A stretch of 64,000 bases of DNA from an uncultured Gemmatimonadales bacterium (lineage in GTDB: Bacteria > Gemmatimonadota > Gemmatimonadetes > Longimicrobiales > Longimicrobiaceae): assembly GCA_963716255.1 (NCBI GenBank), contig OY970303.1, positions 992,001 through 1,056,000 of the forward strand, read 5' to 3'. Shown in pieces: positions 60,994 through 64,000 of the stretch (the first letter of the stretch is position 1; each line of letters begins with the position of its first letter). A program made the position numbers and the translations under genes. Below the pieces are notes generated by a model. The model was not told where the DNA came from, made no database searches, and saw only the letters and a list, made by a program, of their open reading frames with translations.

Positions 60994-62060
60994 GAGGCCG
61001 GGGCCCCGGCCCCAGCGGCGCCCCAGCTGGCGATCATCGCCGCGCTCTGGCGGTACGCCCCGTCGCGCACCCGCTGCCACCAGCCGCGGTGGTCCAGGTA
61101 CCAGCGGACGGTGTCCGCCAGCCCGTCCTCGAAGCTGCGCGCCGGCGCCCACCCCAGCTCCGCCCGGGCCCGCGCGAAGTCGATGGCGTAGCGGCGGTCG
61201 TGCCCCGGCCGGTCGGTGACGAAGCGGACGAGGTCCTCGGAGGCGCCCACCGCGCGCGCGATCTGCCGCACCACGTCCAGGTTCTTCCTTTCGCTCGCCC
61301 CGCCGAAGTTGTAGACCCGCCCCGCCCGGCCCCGCTCCAGCGTGGCCAGCACGCCGCGGCAGTGGTCGTCCACGTGGATCCAGTCGCGCACGTTGTCGCC
61401 ACGCCCGTACACCGGCAGCGGCTCGCCCTCCAGCGCGTTGACGATCATCAGGGGGATCAGCTTCTCCGGGAACTGGTAGGGCCCGTAGTTGTTGGAGCAG
61501 CGCGTCACCCGCACGTCCATGCCGTGGGTGCGGTGGTACGCCAGCGCCAGGTGGTCGGAGCCGGCCTTGCTGGCGCTGTACGGCGACGACGGGCGGATGG
61601 GCGTGTCCTCGGTGAAGGCGGGCTCGTCCGGCTCCAGGTCGCCGTACACCTCGTCCGTGGACACGTGGACGAAGCGCTCCACCTCGCCCGCGCGCGCGGC
61701 GTCCAGGAGGGTCTGCGTCCCCACCACGTTGGTGCGGACGAAGGGCCCCGCGCTGGCGATGGAGCGGTCCACGTGGCTTTCCGCCGCGAAGTGCACCACC
61801 GCCTGGAAGCGGCCCTCGGCGAACAGGCGGGCCATGGTTTCCGGGTCGGCGATGTCGCCGCGGACGAAGCGGTAGCGCCCCTCCGCCTCCGCGGCGCCGG
61901 CCACGTCGGACAGGTTCTCGGGGTTGGCGGCGTAGGTGAGCAGGTCCAGGTTCCAGACCTCCGTTTCCGGCCTTTCCGCCAGCAGCAGCCGCACGAAGTT
62001 GCTCCCGATGAAGCCCATCCCGCCCGTCACGAGGACGCGCTGCCGTGTCGTATCGTTCAT
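60990..62060 (-). CDS. rfbB: dTDP-glucose 4,6-dehydratase
   Basis: TGGMGFIGSN, AAESHVDRS, STDEVYG, YSASKA, NNYGPYQFPEKLIP, DRPGHDRRY. Confidence 0.96.
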   Translation of the reverse strand: MNDTTRQRVLVTGGMGFIGSNFVRLLLAERPETEVWNLDLLTYAANPENLSDVAGAAEAEGRYRFVRGDIADPETMARLFAEGRFQAVVHFAAESHVDRSIASAGPFVRTNVVGTQTLLDAARAGEVERFVHVSTDEVYGDLEPDEPAFTEDTPIRPSSPYSASKAGSDHLALAYHRTHGMDVRVTRCSNNYGPYQFPEKLIPLMIVNALEGEPLPVYGRGDNVRDWIHVDDHCRGVLATLERGRAGRVYNFGGASERKNLDVVRQIARAVGASEDLVRFVTDRPGHDRRYAIDFARARAELGWAPARSFEDGLADTVRWYLDHRGWWQRVRDGAYRQSAAMIASWGAAGAGAPAS

Positions 62061-62118
62061 GCTGGTTTCGTCTTGGCGTCTGTTAGCGTCGAACTGCGAC
62101 GGCTTCGGGCCCGGGTGC

Positions 62119-62246
62119 GGGCGTGCCCCCGGCTGCGCCGGGGTCGGGCTGCGGCTCCGTAGCAAACGATACTACCGTTTGCAACGGAGGCGAGCCCCGC
62201 GAAACAGCCCGCGGGTCTCGCCGCTTCGCGCTCGCATCCCTCACGC
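62119..62246 (-). repeat. Family A structured repeat copy 10 (diverged)
   Basis: Same ends; stems replaced compensatorily (gcaaacg-gtagtat-cgtttgc; cgc-gaa-gcg). Confidence 0.85.
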
Positions 62247-62433
62247 AGGGGCTCGCGCTGGCGTCGGCGGGGGGCGCCCCCACCCGGCTCGCTTGGGGCT
62301 CGCCACCCTCCCCCAATCCTGGGGGAGGGCTTCCCGCGCCTCGGCTTTGCCATGCTCCCCCTTTCCCCCGCTTGCGGGGGAGAGGGGGCCGGGGGGTGAG
62401 GGGGCCCACACTCGCGGACGCCAGCGCGGCCCC

Positions 62434-62576
62434 GCGTGAGGGATTTCGGCCCGAAGGGGCGAGACCGCGCGGCACCTCAGTTCATTGGTGCTGGCGCGGG
62501 CTCGACTCCGTTACGCACGGTTGTTTCGTGCGTTACGGAGCCGCAGCCCGACCCCGGCGCAGCCGGGGGCACGCCC
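62434..62576 (+). repeat. Family A structured repeat copy 11
   Basis: Match to consensus, with one stem extended. Confidence 0.88.
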
Positions 62577-62602
62577 AAACCCTGCCGTTCACCCTGCCGT
62601 CA

Positions 62603-64000
62603 TCACTCCCCCGCCGCCTTCGCCAGCAGGTACGCCGCCTGGAGAACCACCAGCCGCCGCAGCGGGTGCCAGCCTTCGCGCACGGCGCGGGCCACGTCGT
62701 CCTCGGTGGCGCCGGGGGCGAACACCTGCGCGAGCGGCGAGGCCAGCAGCGGGTGCGCGCGGCGCAGGTCGTCCGCGGCGCGGGAGCCGGCCACGTGGCT
62801 CCACTTGGGCCACGGGCCCTGCCGGGCGCGCAGCTCGCCGGTGGCGAGGGCACGCACGCCGCGGACCGCCGCCAGGCCGGGGAGGAGCGCCAGGTTGGCC
62901 GCGCGCCCGAAGTACGGGTAGCGCCAGCGCGCGTGCGGCACGTGCCAGGTGCGCGCGAAGAACGGGCGCATGGCGCGGTGGAAGAGCGCGCGCCCGGTCT
63001 TCCACTTCGCCGGCGCCGCGGCGGCCACGTTCACCACCGCGTTGCAGTGGAAGGCCTCGTGCGCGGCGAACAGGCGGCGGTTGCCGTGCACGTTGGCGGC
63101 GTGCCTGCGCATGGAAAAGGGCCACACGCGCTCCCACTCCGCCGCGGACTCGGGGCGCAGCTCCGCCAGGCGGTGCCGGAAGGCGGCGCGCCGCTCCGCG
63201 ACGGCGTCCGCCAGCTCGTCGCGCACCGGCGCCGTGGGCGGCAGCTCGGCGCGGATCTGCGCGGGCGCCGCGCGGCTCCCGCTGGGGCTCTCGCCCAGCT
63301 TGTCGGCCTTGAGCAGCGAATCGGAGGAAAGGCCGCCCAGCACGACGGGGAGGTCGCGGATCCCCAGCGTGTCGTGGAAGCCGTAGCCGTGCACGTCCAT
63401 GAAGAGCTGGCCGCTCCCCACCAGCGCCGCCACCTCGGCGAAGCCGCGCGCGTAGTGGTCGGGGTGGCGGCGCCCCATCACCAGCTCCGCTCCGTGCGCC
63501 CGCGCCACGGCCCTCGCCACCCGGACCTCGCGGTTTTCGCGGTCGCCGAAGACGAAGGCGCGCACCCCGGTCCCCTCCGGCACGGCGCCCAGCACCGCGC
63601 GCGAGTCCTCCCCCCCGCTGAGCAGCAGCCCCACCCGGGATTCGCCGTGGCAGGCGGCGCGCACGTCCTCCGCGAAGCCGTCGCGCAGCGCCTCCGCCGC
63701 GTCGTCCAGCGAGCCGTACGGGCAGCGCTCCGTCGGCCGCCAGTACGTGCGCCCCGGCCCGCTCCACCCCGCCGCCGCGAAGGCGCGCTCGGTCCCCGGC
63801 CACAGCTGCTCCACGCCGCGGAAGACGGTGTGCGGAAAGGTGACGGTCAGGTTGATCACCAGGTCCGCCGCGGACACCGGGTCCACGTCGCGGCTGCGCC
63901 CCGCCGCCCACGCGACGGCGTCCACGTGCGTCCCCAGCACCAGCCCGCCCGCCCCACCGTCCGCCGCTTCCGCGGCGAACACGGGCACGAACGCGAACAG
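62603..64000 (-). CDS. Asparagine synthase-related protein (N-terminus probably outside the window)
   Basis: LLLSGGEDSR PP-loop; TVFRGVEQLWPG; next to polysaccharide genes. Confidence 0.7.
   Translation of the reverse strand: MFAFVPVFAAEAADGGAGGLVLGTHVDAVAWAAGRSRDVDPVSAADLVINLTVTFPHTVFRGVEQLWPGTERAFAAAGWSGPGRTYWRPTERCPYGSLDDAAEALRDGFAEDVRAACHGESRVGLLLSGGEDSRAVLGAVPEGTGVRAFVFGDRENREVRVARAVARAHGAELVMGRRHPDHYARGFAEVAALVGSGQLFMDVHGYGFHDTLGIRDLPVVLGGLSSDSLLKADKLGESPSGSRAAPAQIRAELPPTAPVRDELADAVAERRAAFRHRLAELRPESAAEWERVWPFSMRRHAANVHGNRRLFAAHEAFHCNAVVNVAAAAPAKWKTGRALFHRAMRPFFARTWHVPHARWRYPYFGRAANLALLPGLAAVRGVRALATGELRARQGPWPKWSHVAGSRAADDLRRAHPLLASPLAQVFAPGATEDDVARAVREGWHPLRRLVVLQAAYLLAKAAGE

Overview
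High-GC (roughly 70% by eye) bacterial DNA. Gene content and style suggest Gemmatimonadota (Longimicrobium-like), which is inference only. Most of the window is housekeeping or accessory: a multi-PAS kinase, glgB, gnd-zwf-pgl, KhtT/U, msrB-msrA, oxyR-catalase, gluconokinase-tkt-tal, uvsE, pilT, a leuB-like dehydrogenase, an NtrC-type regulator, hydrolases and envelope genes. The standout is a ~2.5-kb low-GC island (about 23240-25740) between two convergent terminators. It encodes a SLATT membrane protein and a YVDD reverse transcriptase, followed by a ~150-nt structured non-coding element. That element is closed by an 11-bp inverted repeat and carries a telomerase-like A-B-A' segment (UGAUUC-GU-UGAUUC), so this is a candidate DRT10/UG17-type system predicted to make (GAATCAAC)n DNA. 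The second highlight is a dense set of structured intergenic repeats: 11 copies of a ~130-bp element and 4 copies of a three-hairpin element. Their stems covary around a shared G-Y-N-G-T-W-T loop. Many start codons were re-picked by eye from the over-extended ORF track.
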